From: Sminthopsis crassicaudata
Taxonomy: Eukaryota
Reading direction: 5' to 3'
Assembly (NCBI RefSeq): GCF_048593235.1
Contig: NC_133620.1
Location: forward strand, 5,581,123-5,645,122
Length of the DNA stretch: 64,000 nt
Below are positions 1 through 13,033 of this stretch, one piece after another. A program made the translations under genes and the position numbers. Numbering within the stretch: the first letter of the stretch is position 1; every line of letters begins with the position of its first letter. Below the pieces are notes generated by a model. The model searched no databases and had not been told where the DNA came from. It saw only the letters and a program-made list of their open reading frames with translations.

Positions 1-3000
1 AAAGGAGAAAAGGACTTCATAAATAAAAGGAGACAGGCAGGCAGCTGGAACACCACCACCACCATCTCCTTCCTCTTGTCTCATCTTGGACTCGATTCTA
101 CTAAAGAAAGTGTTCTTCACCTGACCTGGCTTCGAGCTATAGAACATGTGCATGGGCTTCCCTGGATGGCCAAAGGGGGTCTGAATCCTCCCAGAAGCAG
201 CAACTTATCACTCTTCAGTGACCAGCCTGGGCCCCTCCCCAGAGCCGCTGTCCCCATGAATCCCCAAGAGCAGCATCAAGCAGGTGCTGACCTCAAGTCA
301 TTTGGGCCATATGGGTATGGCTCCCACACAGTGAGACCAGAGATGATTCCCTCTCCCGCCCTCTCTCCCAGGACTGTGGCTTCCCCCATGAGTATCTGGG
401 GAGCTCTGGAAAAGAGAGTGAGTCGACCCAACTTTGTTTGGAACTGCAATCGTGAGCCCAATCTAGCATGACCTGGGCCTCAGGGATACATTGAGTGGGA
501 CAAATTCCTCTCTTCTTGGCTCACTGGGTCTCCTACAGAATCAGAAGGCTGCCCTGAATTCTACTGAACTGGCCCAAGAGCTTCATGATCTCAGCAGGGC
601 GCAGCTGATCCGCACCCCCCTTCAGACTTGACCCTTCTGGACCACTTTTTGCCCATCAGTCAGGGCCTGCACACCCCCACCCAGGGTTCATACTGACTCT
701 CCACTTTGTGTTCGTGTACTTCTAAATGTATTTTCTACTTTTCCCTTGTTGTTTTGTGAGTAACTAACATTCTCTATTTTCACCTCATTACTCTGCCCTC
801 AAGCACAAATTAATTTCCTTCCAAATTTGAGAATTTAAAACCAAAGTCCAATATGGCTACTTTGGGGTGGGGAAACAGAGCAGAAGACCACCAGGTGACA
901 GCTTCCTAAGTTACTTAAAATTATCATAAAAACTTCCCTTTATCATTTTAAAGACTATTAAAAAAACAAAAACCCCAACCTGTTGCAGTCAGTTCCTGTC
1001 AACTAAAAATTGCAGCCATCGCTGCCTTCCCAAATCCTTTTGTATTACCCAGTATAATGGGATGAATATTAACTGGCCACTAAAAAACCCAGATATCGAA
1101 GATGGAAGCCCAGGACGTCTGCCCAGAGAACCAAATGTAAAAGCAAACAAGGCAGTGTCACCCGGGAGGATGGGGAGGCCAGCCTTCTCCAGTGGTTTCA
1201 AAAAGGTCCCAGGAAGGGACACTTTCTGCCAGGGTGGAACAGGCTCTTTCCTCTGCTCCCCTCCCCGGGCACCCAGCTCAGGCTGCAGGTGGTCTCTCTC
1301 ACCCCTTTGTGTCCTTTCGGTGGTCTGACACTGGATCCCCTTTTGCAATGTTTTGGGCAAAGGTGCTGGAGTGGTTTGAATTTCCTTCCACAGCTAACTT
1401 TACAGATAAGGAAAACGAGGCAGATGGGTCACCCAGAGCTCCCAGACTCAGCACTCTGTGCATCTGGCACATGGATGCTTAAACAAGGTTTCCTGATTTT
1501 CTGTTGGGTGAGCATCATTCCAAATTGCTTTGAAGATGGTGGGCCAATTCACAACTCCATCCTCATAATGATCAAAAACCTTCTGGCACATGTGCCAATC
1601 TGCTCGATGCTGAAGCTGTTCAAGTGGGCATTTTTATTATTGATCTGGAGGTGAGCACTGAGCAGAGTCTTTAATCAGGGCTAATTTCAGAACCCTCTCA
1701 GAGGTATTTGATGAAAAGATTTTTTCCCTGACAGTTCCTGTTCTTATCCTTATTCCGTTGCCTCTTAGAATACTTTTTATTATTTATTAAAGTTTTCTGC
1801 AATGGAAACGACGTGTTTCTCTTTGGGGATTACCTGTATCCTTTATTTAAAATGGGAATTCTCCAATCCATGTCATTACGACGATACATCTGATTTTGTC
1901 TTTTGGTTAAAAATTAAAATGGTTTCATTTATTTCGTCTGCTTTGAGCTTGTGTTCACTATGTACAAAGGCGGTCTAGCCCTAATTTCCTACAATAAAGT
2001 ATAGTAGTAATAAAAGTGTAAATGTGAAAAGTTAATAGAGCAGCCAAGAGCCAACAACAAACTTTTTTTGGTTGTAAATGGTTCTCTATCCTTATCATAG
2101 GACTGTTTTAAAAATGGAGGATGAATAATTAGTCTCTAAAAATCCACTTTCAAGGCTCTGCTCTTCCACGCTCACGGCCCAATGGAGGAGCCGCCCGGGC
2201 TTTGTGCACTCCCGTTTGTGATGGGCCAAGTCCCTCATCTGAGCTCGGTCTGCTTCTTTGTAACCTCGGGGTTGGACTCGGCCACAGCCCATTCCAGCTT
2301 TGCTGACACATCACAGCCACAATGCAAGGAAAGCCCGGGCGGGAAAGGTACCGGAGGCCCAACAGACTCCCCCTGAGACAACTCTAAAGGCTGGGACGGA
2401 GTCTCTGAACTGATGCTCAAGGTGACTCGGTACTGCTCTGGGCTCTTCCCGAGAGCTTTGTTCTCCCCAATGCTTCACAGGTGGCTCATGCTCACAAAGC
2501 CGGGGACTCCAGAATAACTGAGCACCCAGGGGCAGCCATTCAGTCCCCCCCCATAAGACAAATAAAATGGATGAGATGAAAACTTTTATTTTAAAGTAAA
2601 ATAAATTTTTTTTTTTTTGCAATAGCTGCTCCTGGTCCTTCTGGTGTTTAAGAACCCCCCTGTCTCTCTCCAGCATTGTCTAGAGAGCGCCTATGCTGTG
2701 TCTACCTCCCTGACCCGGAAAGGAAAACCGCGTGAAGGCGCACACAAGGGTGAGGATGCAGAGCGGCGCTCGTTCTGTTTTAGGGCTAAGGCTCACAGGA
2801 GTGATTTGATCCAAGATGAAGCTCATTCTGCGCCCGAGCCCAGGGCTCTTCTGATGGACAGGAGGGAAGGTGTGCTCCGACCTTCCAAGATCAGGCACCC
2901 CTCCCCCTCCCCCAAGCCGGACAGCCTAAGGCTCCCCCCCCCCCCCGGGGCGGACCCCGAGGGGTGTGCGCGGGAGGAAGCAGCCCGAGCCTGGGGGGGG

Positions 3001-3279
3001 GGGGGGGGGCTCAGCTTCACCTCCTCACCTGAGCTATTCTAACGGGGACTAATGAAGTCTATCCCGGGTCCCAAGAGGCCGTGAGCAGCTAGGGGCCTCC
3101 CCGGGGCTCTCAGTGGGATAACGGGCTGCCCACTGGGCGCGGGGACCGCAGTCTGGGGCCTTCTCCAAACTTCAGTGACAGGCGGGGAAGCCTGGGGGAG
3201 GCCCTTACGGGAGGACTCCCCCCCAGGGCCCGCAGCCTTTTCTGAAGCTCCCAGGGCGCTCAGGGGCTGGGGGTCGATC

Positions 3280-5700
3280 CCTTATGGGACACGCTCACAG
3301 ACCTCCCTACAGATGTCCCCTTCCGGGGGTGGGGGCTGACCCCTCAGAGACGCCTCCCGCAAAGACGGGAGCTTCTCTTCTTGGAAGGGGTAATCCTGAT
3401 GGAGATTCCCCAGTCGACCCTCCCTCCCCCTCCTCAGACCTATCCGGTTCGCGTATACATCTCGTCCCGTTCCTTCCCCCCCCCCCCCCAGCAGAAGCGC
3501 GCGGCCCCCCAAGCGTTCCGCGCACGTGCCCTCCCCCCTCCCCCCTCCGGAAGCCCTGGGCGCCCCCCCACGTGGGGAGCCCCCTCCTCGGCCCGGGCCG
3601 TTTGGAGGCGGGCGCCAGGGGGCGGGCCCCGAGCTGCAGGCCCCCGGCGGGCCGAGCCGCGAGGCCGGACGGCAGGCACGTGCTGAGCGGGCGCGGGAAG
3701 GCCCTGGGTCAGCGCCTCGGGCCTGTCCCTTCCCGGGCCCGTCCCTCCCGGGCCTCGCCTCGGGCCTCGCCTCGGGCCCGGTGCCCCCCCCCCCCCCCCC
3801 CGCGGCCCCTCAGGCCCGGCCCCGGCCGCGCGGCCCCGCGCCCCACGCCCCCACCCCGCCCCTACCTGCCGCGCTCGCTGCAGCGCGTCCTTAAAGGCGT
3901 CATTGACCCCGCCGCCGCCGCCGCCGCCGCCGCCCGAGCCCGAGGCCGGAGGGGGGACCGTTGAGTAGTCTGCCATGGCCCAGCTGCGGTGGCCGCTGCC
4001 GCGCGTCCCGGAGCTCCCTCTCCCAGCGCGCTGCTAAGAAAGAAAGAAAATGGCGGCCGGCGGGACCGGATCACATTCTTGCGCGACCATCGTGCCGTGC
4101 AGGGGGCGGGGACACCGGCGCGGAGATCTCGCGAGGTTGGGGAAGGGGGCGGGGCGAGCTGGGAGGATTCCAGGAACTGGGCAGGGAGAGTGGAGGCGGG
4201 GGCGCAGCGCCAAAGTTCTCGCGAGACCTGCAGATGACGCCAGAGGAGGATGGCGTTCGGGTCCCGCCTCCGTCGCCTTTCGTTGCTGCTGGCGGCAGGG
4301 CGCCCGCCCCCTCCAGCAAGCAAGCTTGGTGAGGCCCAGCGGGGCGACCGTACTCGGTGTCTGGTGAGGAGAGGAAGGTGGGCGGCTGACCGGAGCGGGG
4401 AGGGGGCCGCGGCGTGGAGCGGGGTGGGGTGGTCTGGTCGGGGTCGGTGACGGAGCTCGGCGGCTCAGTCAGGCCCGGAGTGCGGAGAGCGGGACGGCCA
4501 TTCCGAGGGGCGGGGTCGGTGACCGTGACGTCAGCGCGCCAGTGACGCAACAGTCCCAGAGGACGTCATGACGTCGCGGCGGCCGCGGGCGGGAGAGAGA
4601 GGCGCGGGCCGCCTCAGGGCTTTCTTTTGCGGCCAGCTGTGGAGGCGTCGGGGAGAGGGCGGGCGCCCGGAGAGATGTCCAGGCGGATGCGGCCCGGGGG
4701 CTGCGCAGAACCTCCGAGAGCCGGCCTGGCCGAGCGAGGTCAGCATGGTGGTCAGGAAAGGGAAGCGGCCGTGACGCAGGCGGGGGGCTCTCTCAAGGAG
4801 GGGTAAGTTGGAGGGGGAGGGGTGCAGAGCTTCCCCCCCCCCCGCCTCCCGTTCCGCTGGTTTGTCGGGTTTTTGGGGTGTCTGCAGCCCTGGGGGGGGG
4901 AGCGAGGACGAGAAGGGGTCAGCCCCTTCTTGGGGACGTTGCGTGTGGGGGAGGGGGAAGTAAGCGGCTCCCTTCTGGCTTGTGGAGGGCGGGGCGGGGA
5001 GGACAGCTCCCTCCCCAGGACCGGAGGGGGGCGTGGTGGGCAGGAGACAGCCCCTTCCCTCTCCTCCCCCAGACGGAAGACCCCACCTCCGGGACCTCCC
5101 CTGGGGAGCGTGGCGGCGTGGGGGGGACGTGGATAATAAAGCTCCTCTGAGGAAGCCTGCAGTCCAGTGGAGGAAGATGGAGGAATTCCCCGGTTGGGGG
5201 TGGGGATCAGACTGCCCTGGTTTGGGGGCAGGAGCGAGAGCGCCGGAGTCGGCCCCCCCCCCCCCCCACTCCTCTTGCTCCTTTGCCCCCTCCCCTCCTC
5301 CCCGATCTGGTCCCTCCAGCGGCTCCTCCCTTCCCCTCCTTGCTGGCTCCTCCCATCCGCGGGCCCTGTGGCTCCCTGGGGAGTCTTGCTGTGGCCGGTG
5401 CCGCCTCGTCTTCTGTCTGTCTTGTGTGTGTGTCCTTTGCCCGGGGTCCTCCCCCCTCCCGGCGGTCCCGTCTTCTTGCACGCAGCAGGCGCCGAGGACC
5501 CGCTGGTTGAGCCCATTTGGTGACTGAAAGGGCCGGGATCTTCCTCATCCTCCGCCAGCCAGAAACAGTGAAAAGAGGAAGCAGCAGGATCCACCTTGCC
5601 CGAGGCTCCTGGGGAGTCAGGAAGGGGAGAGACCCGGGGGCTCCACCCCCCAGCCACCGCACCCGCCTGTCTCTTCGGAGGAAGGGGCCGAGCCCCCTGA
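3280..5700. promoter_or_regulatory. CpG island / probable bidirectional promoter of FUBP1 and an upstream DNAJB4-direction transcript
   Basis: Very high GC and CpG density. YY1-type AAAATGGCGGCC at 4047-4058. CGCG (BANP-type) elements TCTCGCGAGG 4127-4136 and TCTCGCGAGA 4217-4226. Full CRE TGACGTCA 4526-4533. Palindrome GACGTCATGACGTC 4562-4575. Several GGGGCGGGG GC boxes. Confidence 0.9.
3866..3976 (-). CDS. FUBP1: Far upstream element-binding protein 1, coding exon 1 (37 codons); remaining exons lie left of the window
   Basis: Translates MADYSTVPPPASGS-G9-VNDAFKDALQRARQ, matching the mammalian FUBP1 N-terminus. It ends in a phase-0 donor CAG|GTAGGG (GT at 3865-3864). Synteny with DNAJB4 and GIPC2 fits. 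No exon-2-like sequence was found in 1-3865. Confidence 0.97.
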
Positions 5701-8339
5701 AGCTGCTGCTGCTTTGGGGCCGCAGCTTTTCCGTCTGGGCCCTCCTGTCTCAGGACTTGTTCGCTTTGTACAGAACTGGAGAGAGTCCAAAAGAAGCTGG
5801 GGTTTGTTCGGGGACACATGGTGGCCAGGAGGGGATCCAAGGGAGAGCAGCGGGCCTGAAGAGAGTCGCAGGGTGGCTGCTGGGACACCGCCTCCATCCC
5901 TCTGCCCGCAAGTCCAAGGAAGGAAGGTCAAGGCCAAATAGGAGCAGTGACATTGACCTGAAAGTGGGCGGGGAGGGGGGAGGAGCGGCAGGGGCTGACA
6001 CGAGGGGCGCTAATGGAGACAGGGAATGCCTTTGCGGGCTAAGGCGTGTGGGGAGCCCACCATTTTAGGGGGCCGGAGATCCAGCAGTAGTGCACACTTG
6101 GATTTGAGGAGGGGGCAACTTTGAAGGGCATGGCAGTTGGGGTGGGGGAATGGATGGAGAGGAGTCCTGACTGGGTCACCCAGGAAGATGGGCGAGGTAG
6201 CAAGGAGGAGGGGGAAGAGAATGGCGGAGGGAAAGCTAAGCTGAGGTTTGAATGGTTGGTGTCCCTGCCGAGGAGTCACTTGGAACTGTAATCATGCATC
6301 TCGGGAGAAAAGCTTGGGCTGAGCCATAAGGAAGCCATGGAAAGCTTAAGGATTGGAGAAGAGGGAGGCATCGAGGTGGCATTGGTGGGGCTGAGAGCCC
6401 TTTAGCCTTGGCAGAAGGCGGCAGGAGGGGAGGAGTGGTGACCACTTGTGGCAGACATGTGTGGCTATGGATGGACTTGCTTCAGATGAGCTGCCGTGGG
6501 GAGTCATTTGAAAAGGTGCTCATGGAGAAATGCAGAATAACAGTCCTAGAGTCCATTCCTACCTTCAGACTGGCTAAAGGGATAGAAAAGCAAACTGAGG
6601 GCACAGCCCTTGAGTATGGCAATTGGGAAAGATGTTTAAACCTTTGTTAGGGCTGCACCCCAGAGGTCAAAGAAAAGAGGGAAAAGACCCACGTGCACTA
6701 AAACTTGCGCATTGGCCGAACAAATTGGAGACAATAAATATAATAGAACATTGTTACAGTGTAAGAAACGTTAAAAGAGATGGTTTAGGGAAACCTGGGC
6801 AGGTATGTATGAGTTGATAGTGAATGGAACCTGGAAAGCGATTTATACAGTTAACATTTGTATACAGAAAGTCTATTTTGAAAATCTTAATTCAGTAACC
6901 AACTAACTCCAGAGACCTTATAGTAAAGTCTGCAACCTTCTGACAGAAATGATGAATTTTTAGTACCAAATGAGACTTTTTTTTTTTTTTTTTTTGCATA
7001 GCCACTGTGAGAACTTTTTTCGAGGGTTTGGTTTTTGATGGAGAGCATGACTTTTTGGGATGTCAAAGAGAAAAAGAATTGAAAAAGGGCCCTTGAAGCA
7101 CTTTAAAAAAATGTGCAAAAGACAGTTGAGTTAAATCTAGCAGGGAAAAGAGACAACACAGGACAGCTTTGAAAGTGATGTGTTGAATTACTTATATATT
7201 TAATAGGAAAAGCAAGTCATACAGTATAGAGCTGCAGTTTTATATTTCTCTTTTCTGTTCTACTTTGTGGAAAGTTTGTTTTCTTCAAATAAAAAGAAAA
7301 ATTAACAAAAATTATTGGTTTCTTGTATATGATGCCAGCATTTAGGTGTTATCCAGCTGAAATGAGCAAGATGTTACTCAGCTTAGATGAACATCGCTGA
7401 AATGCTAATTTTGACAGTTGTATGCTTGAGAAACAAAGAGCATCTTTTTCTTGATAGTTGGATGCTTTCTTAGAAGTAATGTTTTGTTCCCCTTATAATT
7501 ACCTTTTGATATTGTGAAATGTTTGCTTCTCCAGACTAAATGTTGTTTACAGAGTATCCGTTTACAAGAAGACTCCCCCACAAATTCTTCTCTGATGTCT
7601 CCTTGTGGGGTGAGAGTCATCTAGCACTCCCTGCAGGCTCTTGTCAGTCCCTCTGGGAGTTGAACACAGAGGTCCATCATCAGGAGGCTTTGGTGATGAA
7701 TAGCCATCCAGGAAGTGAAGAACAGCACCCAGCAGCCGTCGGAGCCAGGGATGGGCCTCCTGTAGTCACAATAGAAGAGGGGTATGCAAAGGGGGCCTGG
7801 AAAAGGGCGCTCAATCCCTGTGAGATATGTTTCTGTTCATTCTTTTGGTCCTCTCCTGGGAGAGAAATCCTGTCCCTGATTTATTCTTGGAGTAATTGAA
7901 TTTGACCAATCTTGGTTTTCTTTCTGTGAATGAAACCAGAAGAGACAGAAGGACTACTACGATACCTCACACTCCTGGAGAGAAAAAGAGCTTGGCTGAA
8001 TTTTCTTAATGTCCAAAGGCAACAGAGAAAATGTTGGGGGACTTTTGATCATCTTTTATAATGTGATGAGTATTTGAGAAAATAGATCACCATGAAAATA
8101 GCTACCATTTACAGATGCCATTCAGAAAACATGGGAAACTCCATGGATTTGCTAAAAACCAAATTAAATTTGTTTATAATTTGGTAATCTGACTTTAGTG
8201 CACTGCAAATGACTACGAGGCACAGGTGTGAATAAGTTAGGTCTTGTATCCATATGGAGCTTATGTAGACTATAATGGAGAATGTTAGTGTTAATGAGTA
8301 TCAAACTGCTTTCTAGTTTTCTTAGTTTTTGCCAGCTAT

Positions 8340-8690
8340 ATGGAGTCATTCCAGTAGTTGGGATCCTTTCATTTACTGAACACTGCCCACTGCCCTATGT
8401 TCCATTGCTTCTTGATCTTGTGTATCCAATCTGATTGAGCATCCTCCCTCCCTCCAGTTTTTAACAAGTACCAAATGCTTTTGTTGATTACTACTTTGTA
8501 GTATGCTTTGAGATCCATTATTGTCAGACCTGTCCTGCATTCCTCTGTTTTCATTTATCTTGAGATTCTTGAACTCCATCTGAATTTTGCTACCATTTTT
8601 GGCTTAATTCTATAGTGTGATCCTTTGGCAGTTGGAGACTGCTGTGAAGCTACATCTATCTATTTAGATAGTATTATGTTGGAATAACTT
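8340..8690 (-). mobile_element. Old L1 ORF2 remnant
   Basis: Minus-strand peptide DLKAYYKVVINKSIWYLLK resembles the L1 ORF2 motif DFKLYYKA.VIKT.WYW.K. Confidence 0.65.
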
Positions 8691-8989
8691 AACAAAGATC
8701 AGTGAACATTTTGTAATTATTTAAGAGCTCATTTTGGTAAGGAATGTTTTATAGTTAACATTCATATAAATCTTCAGTCTGGGGTGGACTTCCATGTATT
8801 TTATATTAGTTTTGAGTCTGCCTCCTGGGTTTTGTCACTGATAAAAGAGCTGGTAATTTTTTTGCCTTCACTTTATATTTGACTATTTACTGATTACTAA
8901 TTGGTGAATTTCTAGTATTTGAAAAAATCATCACATTTCCTTCATGTGTTAGTTTTATTTCCTATTTGATAGTAAGACACATGAATGAC

Positions 8990-9220
8990 TCTGTGCATTG
9001 GGCATTGGACCTAGAGGCAAGAAGATCTGAGTTCAAATCTTGCCTAAGATGCTTACAAGTTTTTTGACTCTTAGACAAATAATTTAACATCTCCTTTGGT
9101 ATCTTTATCTATAAATACTGTAAATGATAACAGTATTTACCTCCCAGGCTTGTTGTGAGTGTAAAATGAAATCATATCTATAAAGCACTATGCAAACCTT
9201 AAAAGTATTATGTAAATGTC
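8990..9220 (+). mobile_element. MIR/MAR1-type CORE-SINE
   Basis: B-box-like GAGTTCAAATC, core region and the typical tail 'taaagcactatgcaaaccttaaa'. Confidence 0.75.
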
Positions 9221-9329
9221 AGCCAGTGTTGTTCTCTCATTTTTATTTTATTGATAGTATTTCTAAAACTGTATTAAATAACAGGAGCAGCCTCTAGGGT
9301 TTCTCTGTTAAAGATAATTTTCATTCTTG

Positions 9330-9600
9330 TTTTTAGATTGATTTCTAGTTTGCCATGTTAAGTAAAAATCCATTCCTTGTTTTTGACATGATTTATATTT
9401 TGCCAAAAGTTCTATTGGTATTTTAGTTTTTATTGTTTTTGTAATTAGTGTATAATTTTCATAATGTTGAACCAACCTTATATTTTTGATAGAAGTTGCA
9501 AAGATTGTTTTTTTCTTATAACAAACCCTTTTCAGTAGCAAGGAAAGTAGACTATCACCCCTTTTGGAGACTTCACATTCAAGAGGAGCTTCTTGAATAA
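9330..9600 (-). mobile_element. Degraded L1 ORF2 (RT region) remnant
   Basis: The minus strand contains 'ggttggttcaacatt' (GWFNI motif) and an 'LLSLLL' segment resembling PLSPLLF. Confidence 0.45.
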
Positions 9601-10149
9601 GCAAATATGACTGAATAATTATAAAGAAAATCAGGTTGGGAAAAGCCTCTGACCTAGGCTAAGTATGTGTAGAAAAGTCTGAACTGGTGCTGAGCACTAT
9701 TGTGAGAGTGTTAAGGAATCAATAATCATGATGTCTGAAGGTGGGAGAGATATTAAAACATGGGGTGAAATTGAGTCTTAGAAGCACTCCCCCCCCCTTC
9801 CCTAAATGACTTGTTCTGAGATGTTTGTTTTCACAATAATGCAATTAATCTACTCACATAAAATGCTCATTATTACAAGGGAACAGACAATGTGAGGGTA
9901 CACAAAGGCCATTTTGGGAAGGGTATAAGATGTAATTCTGGAAAGGTAGTCTGGAGGTAATATAAATTGTTAGGTTTGTAGTATACATACATACATACAC
10001 GTATATATATATATATATATGCTGGAAGTACTGTGTAAATTATTAGATTTGTAGTGTGTATATATTTATTTATTTAATATTAGACAGAGGTATTTGATCC
10101 AAAATATTGCAGCCTTTTGGGGTGGAAGTGGAGCTAGTGTGGGAAAGTG

Positions 10150-10800
10150 GGTCTGACATGACCAGACTTGGATGGATCAGAGAAGGAAGACTTGATAAGG
10201 GCCTGAAGTAGAGAATGACCACTACCATAAAGGAGAGGAAGAGGGGGATGTAAGAAATGTGAAAATAGAGTGACAAGGTAAGGAAATATTATTCAAGAGA
10301 TGGACAGCATGGAATTGATTTCTGCCCTGAGATTAAGATCTGTTCACTAGAAGTTTGGTCATGCTCTTGGCAAAAACGGGAAAAGCAGGGTCATTTTGGG
10401 CCTGGGTGGGGGGTTGAAGCTAGTAAGTTCTTTATGGAACACACCAAGTTTGAGATAGCCAAGGGAACTCCTGCTTTGAAATGGTCAGTAGGCTCCTGAT
10501 AGATACCAGTCTAGGAAGTGTGTCTCCTGAAGGGGAGAATGGTTTCCCATGGAAGTCACCTAGAAGTACTCCAGCTGAGGAGAACCAGGATGGAAAACTT
10601 AGAAGCTATAGAGCCTTTGGGAGAAGATGTGGGGTAGTGTCAGATGCTTCAGAGAAGTATTAAGATGGGAACTCAAAAGAGACCTTTTAATTTGGCAACT
10701 AGAGAGACCATCCTAATTTGGAAAAAAGCAGTTCAAATTGTGGTTGGAAGCCAGATCGCTTTGAGGTGTTGAGAAATTTGTGAATGGAGGAGGAAATTAT
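10150..10800 (-). mobile_element. L2 remnant
   Basis: Purine-rich plus-strand sequence typical of reverse-oriented L2 3' regions. Boundaries are approximate. Confidence 0.5.
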
Positions 10801-11046
10801 TGGGGCAATGAGGAACTATAACCTGTTTTTCCTTTAGAGGATCCAATCAACACCAGGGTTTTCTTTTATTTATTTTGGCAAAGGAAAAATATTGCAAATT
10901 CTTAAATTGAATCATAACACAGTATTTGTTGTGGGGTAGATGTTAGTATAAGGTTGGTATATATTGAACTCCATCTAAGGTCATGATCAAAGGAATTTTA
11001 CCCAAGCTAAATAAGTGAAACACCTCTATGCAAATCATTTTAAAGG

Positions 11047-11252
11047 CAATCTTTCCAGCCATGTGTAAGACTGGATTTCCTAATGCCAATTGCATTACTC
11101 TATTCATTATACCACCTAGCTCCTAGGTTCAGTGTTATAAGATTATGGACAATCTTTCCAGCCATATGTGAGACTGGATTTCCTAACCTTAATTGCACTA
11201 CTCTATTCATCATACCACCTAGCTCCTAGGTTCAGTATTGTAAGATTATGGA
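11047..11252. repeat. Tandem duplication, 2 x 103 bp
   Basis: The unit 'caatctttccagcc...gattatgga' starts at 11047 and again at 11150, with about 10 mismatches by hand count. Confidence 0.95.
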
Positions 11253-12634
11253 TTCTTGAAAGATATATTCAAGAAGGGTTCCAAGTCCCCCTGTAACTAC
11301 TTTCTCCATGGCAGGATCAGTTTTCATTGATATTTGATCTAAAGGTAGAATGTGTGTTCAAATGCAAATTTATTGCTTTGATGGATTGAAGGAAGCTAGT
11401 ACTAATTATATTCATATTTAGGTTAGAAAAGAAATAGCAAATGAGTCAAAGTAGATAGTTTCACCCAAAGGAGGAATATCCTCTCAGGTGCTACTCAGAA
11501 GAATCCACTCGTAGATGCTTAATGGTTTTTATTTTAATAAAATACTAGATAATAGTGGTTAACTAATAAGACAATCAAATGAGTTAATAAAAAGTGCTTT
11601 GCAAATCTTAAGGCCTTGTGGTGTGTTAATAAGGTTAGTCTTCTTGAAAGACTAAGTACATATGCAGCATTGCTAGGGAGCTATACCCATCTGGGCACTT
11701 GGGCAGAGAGGTTGGGTTCCCTAGGGGGATTTGACTACTCTCACTGCTCTCCCGGTAAGCCTCGTTTCAGGATTGTAGCTCCTGAGTCCTCACTAGTATA
11801 CTCTGCATAGCAATCAGTTATTTTAACTGAACTTTTAGAAAAGGGATTTACTGGGAAACTATTGAAAGAATCATTCATTCAAAATATGTCTCACAAACTG
11901 ATTTATACTACTCTTCCCTTATTCACCCAAGGTCCCAGAGGAGAGTGGGCTCCAAGGACAAAGGTCTTGAAGCTGCCATATAGAGAAGGTCACTTTCTCT
12001 TTGTGCCATCTGGCACAGTTCCTTCTGTGCCCCTCGAAGCTCTCTTCTCCCTACTCCGGTGTCCTTCCCCTGCTGTTGTAAAGTAAGATCAGGAAAGAAT
12101 AAGGACAAAGAGATGAGGCAGCCGCTGCCCGGGGGCAAATGGACAGCTGGACAGGGCTAGGTCAGAGTTGTTGGTCTCATTCAAAACCCCAAAGGAAAAA
12201 GCGGAAAAAAGGGCAAGCCATTTAGCAGCCCTGAGTCAGGTTCTGTGTGCTACAATAGTTTCTACTTGCTGGTCAGGACAGAGGAACCAGACCAAAAGGG
12301 TAGGACCTATCTATCTGTTGTCTCCAAAGAATTTACCTCTGTATCCTGCCTTGGCTACCCAGGTGTCATTTGAGTGGTCTTAAAGATATTTTCTAATATT
12401 GATTGTGTCAAATGTACATAGATCTGTGCTCATTAAGACTAAATGTTGCTCCTTTTTAATGAACTTGTTGGATTTCTTTTCTTTCATATTTTGTTAGCAA
12501 GGCTGTACATTTATTTCATGAGCGAGAGAGACTGAAAACATGTAGAAAAGCTAACCAACATAAATTAAATCCCTTTTTGGTGAAGTGGGGGAAAAAACTA
12601 CTTTAAGTTGCATTTCCTTATAAATAAGACATAA

Positions 12635-13033
12635 CTTTTTTAAATTTTATTTTTTAAAATTTTTAAAATTAATTTTATAATTATAACATTTTTAACATTA
12701 TCCCTTGTACTCCCTTCTGTTTTGAATTTTCTCCTACTTCCCTCCACTCTCTCCCCTAGATGGCAGGCATTCCCATACATATTAAATATCTTACAGTATA
12801 TGCTTGGTACAATATATATGTGCAGAACCACATTTTGTTTTTGTTGTTGCAAAGGAAGAATTGGATTTGGAAGGTAAAAAATAATCTGGGGAGAAAAACA
12901 AAAAAAAATGCTAAGTTTACACATTTCCCAGTGTTCCTTTTCTGGGTGTAGCTGATTCTGTCCATCCTTGATCAATTGGAATTGAATTAGCTCTTCTCTA
13001 TGTTGAAGATATCCACTTCCATCAGAATACATC
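12635..13033 (-). mobile_element. 5'-truncated marsupial L1 3' end with target-site duplication
   Basis: T-rich tail, then marsupial L1 3'UTR sequence. Flanked by ATAAGACATAA at 12624-12634 and 13034-13044. Confidence 0.9.

Noticed and set aside
60-800. Coding-like stretch followed by a U-rich tail, possibly a retrocopy in FUBP1 intron 1
   Set aside because: All frames have multiple stops, I recognise no parent protein, and no poly(A) or TSD is visible. A translated search would be needed.
3282-6070. Many long overlapping Pro/Gly/Arg-rich ORFs on both strands (up to 381 aa)
   Set aside because: Stop codons are rare in GC-rich CpG islands and none shows a recognisable domain. Only the 37 FUBP1 codons are supported by homology and a splice donor.
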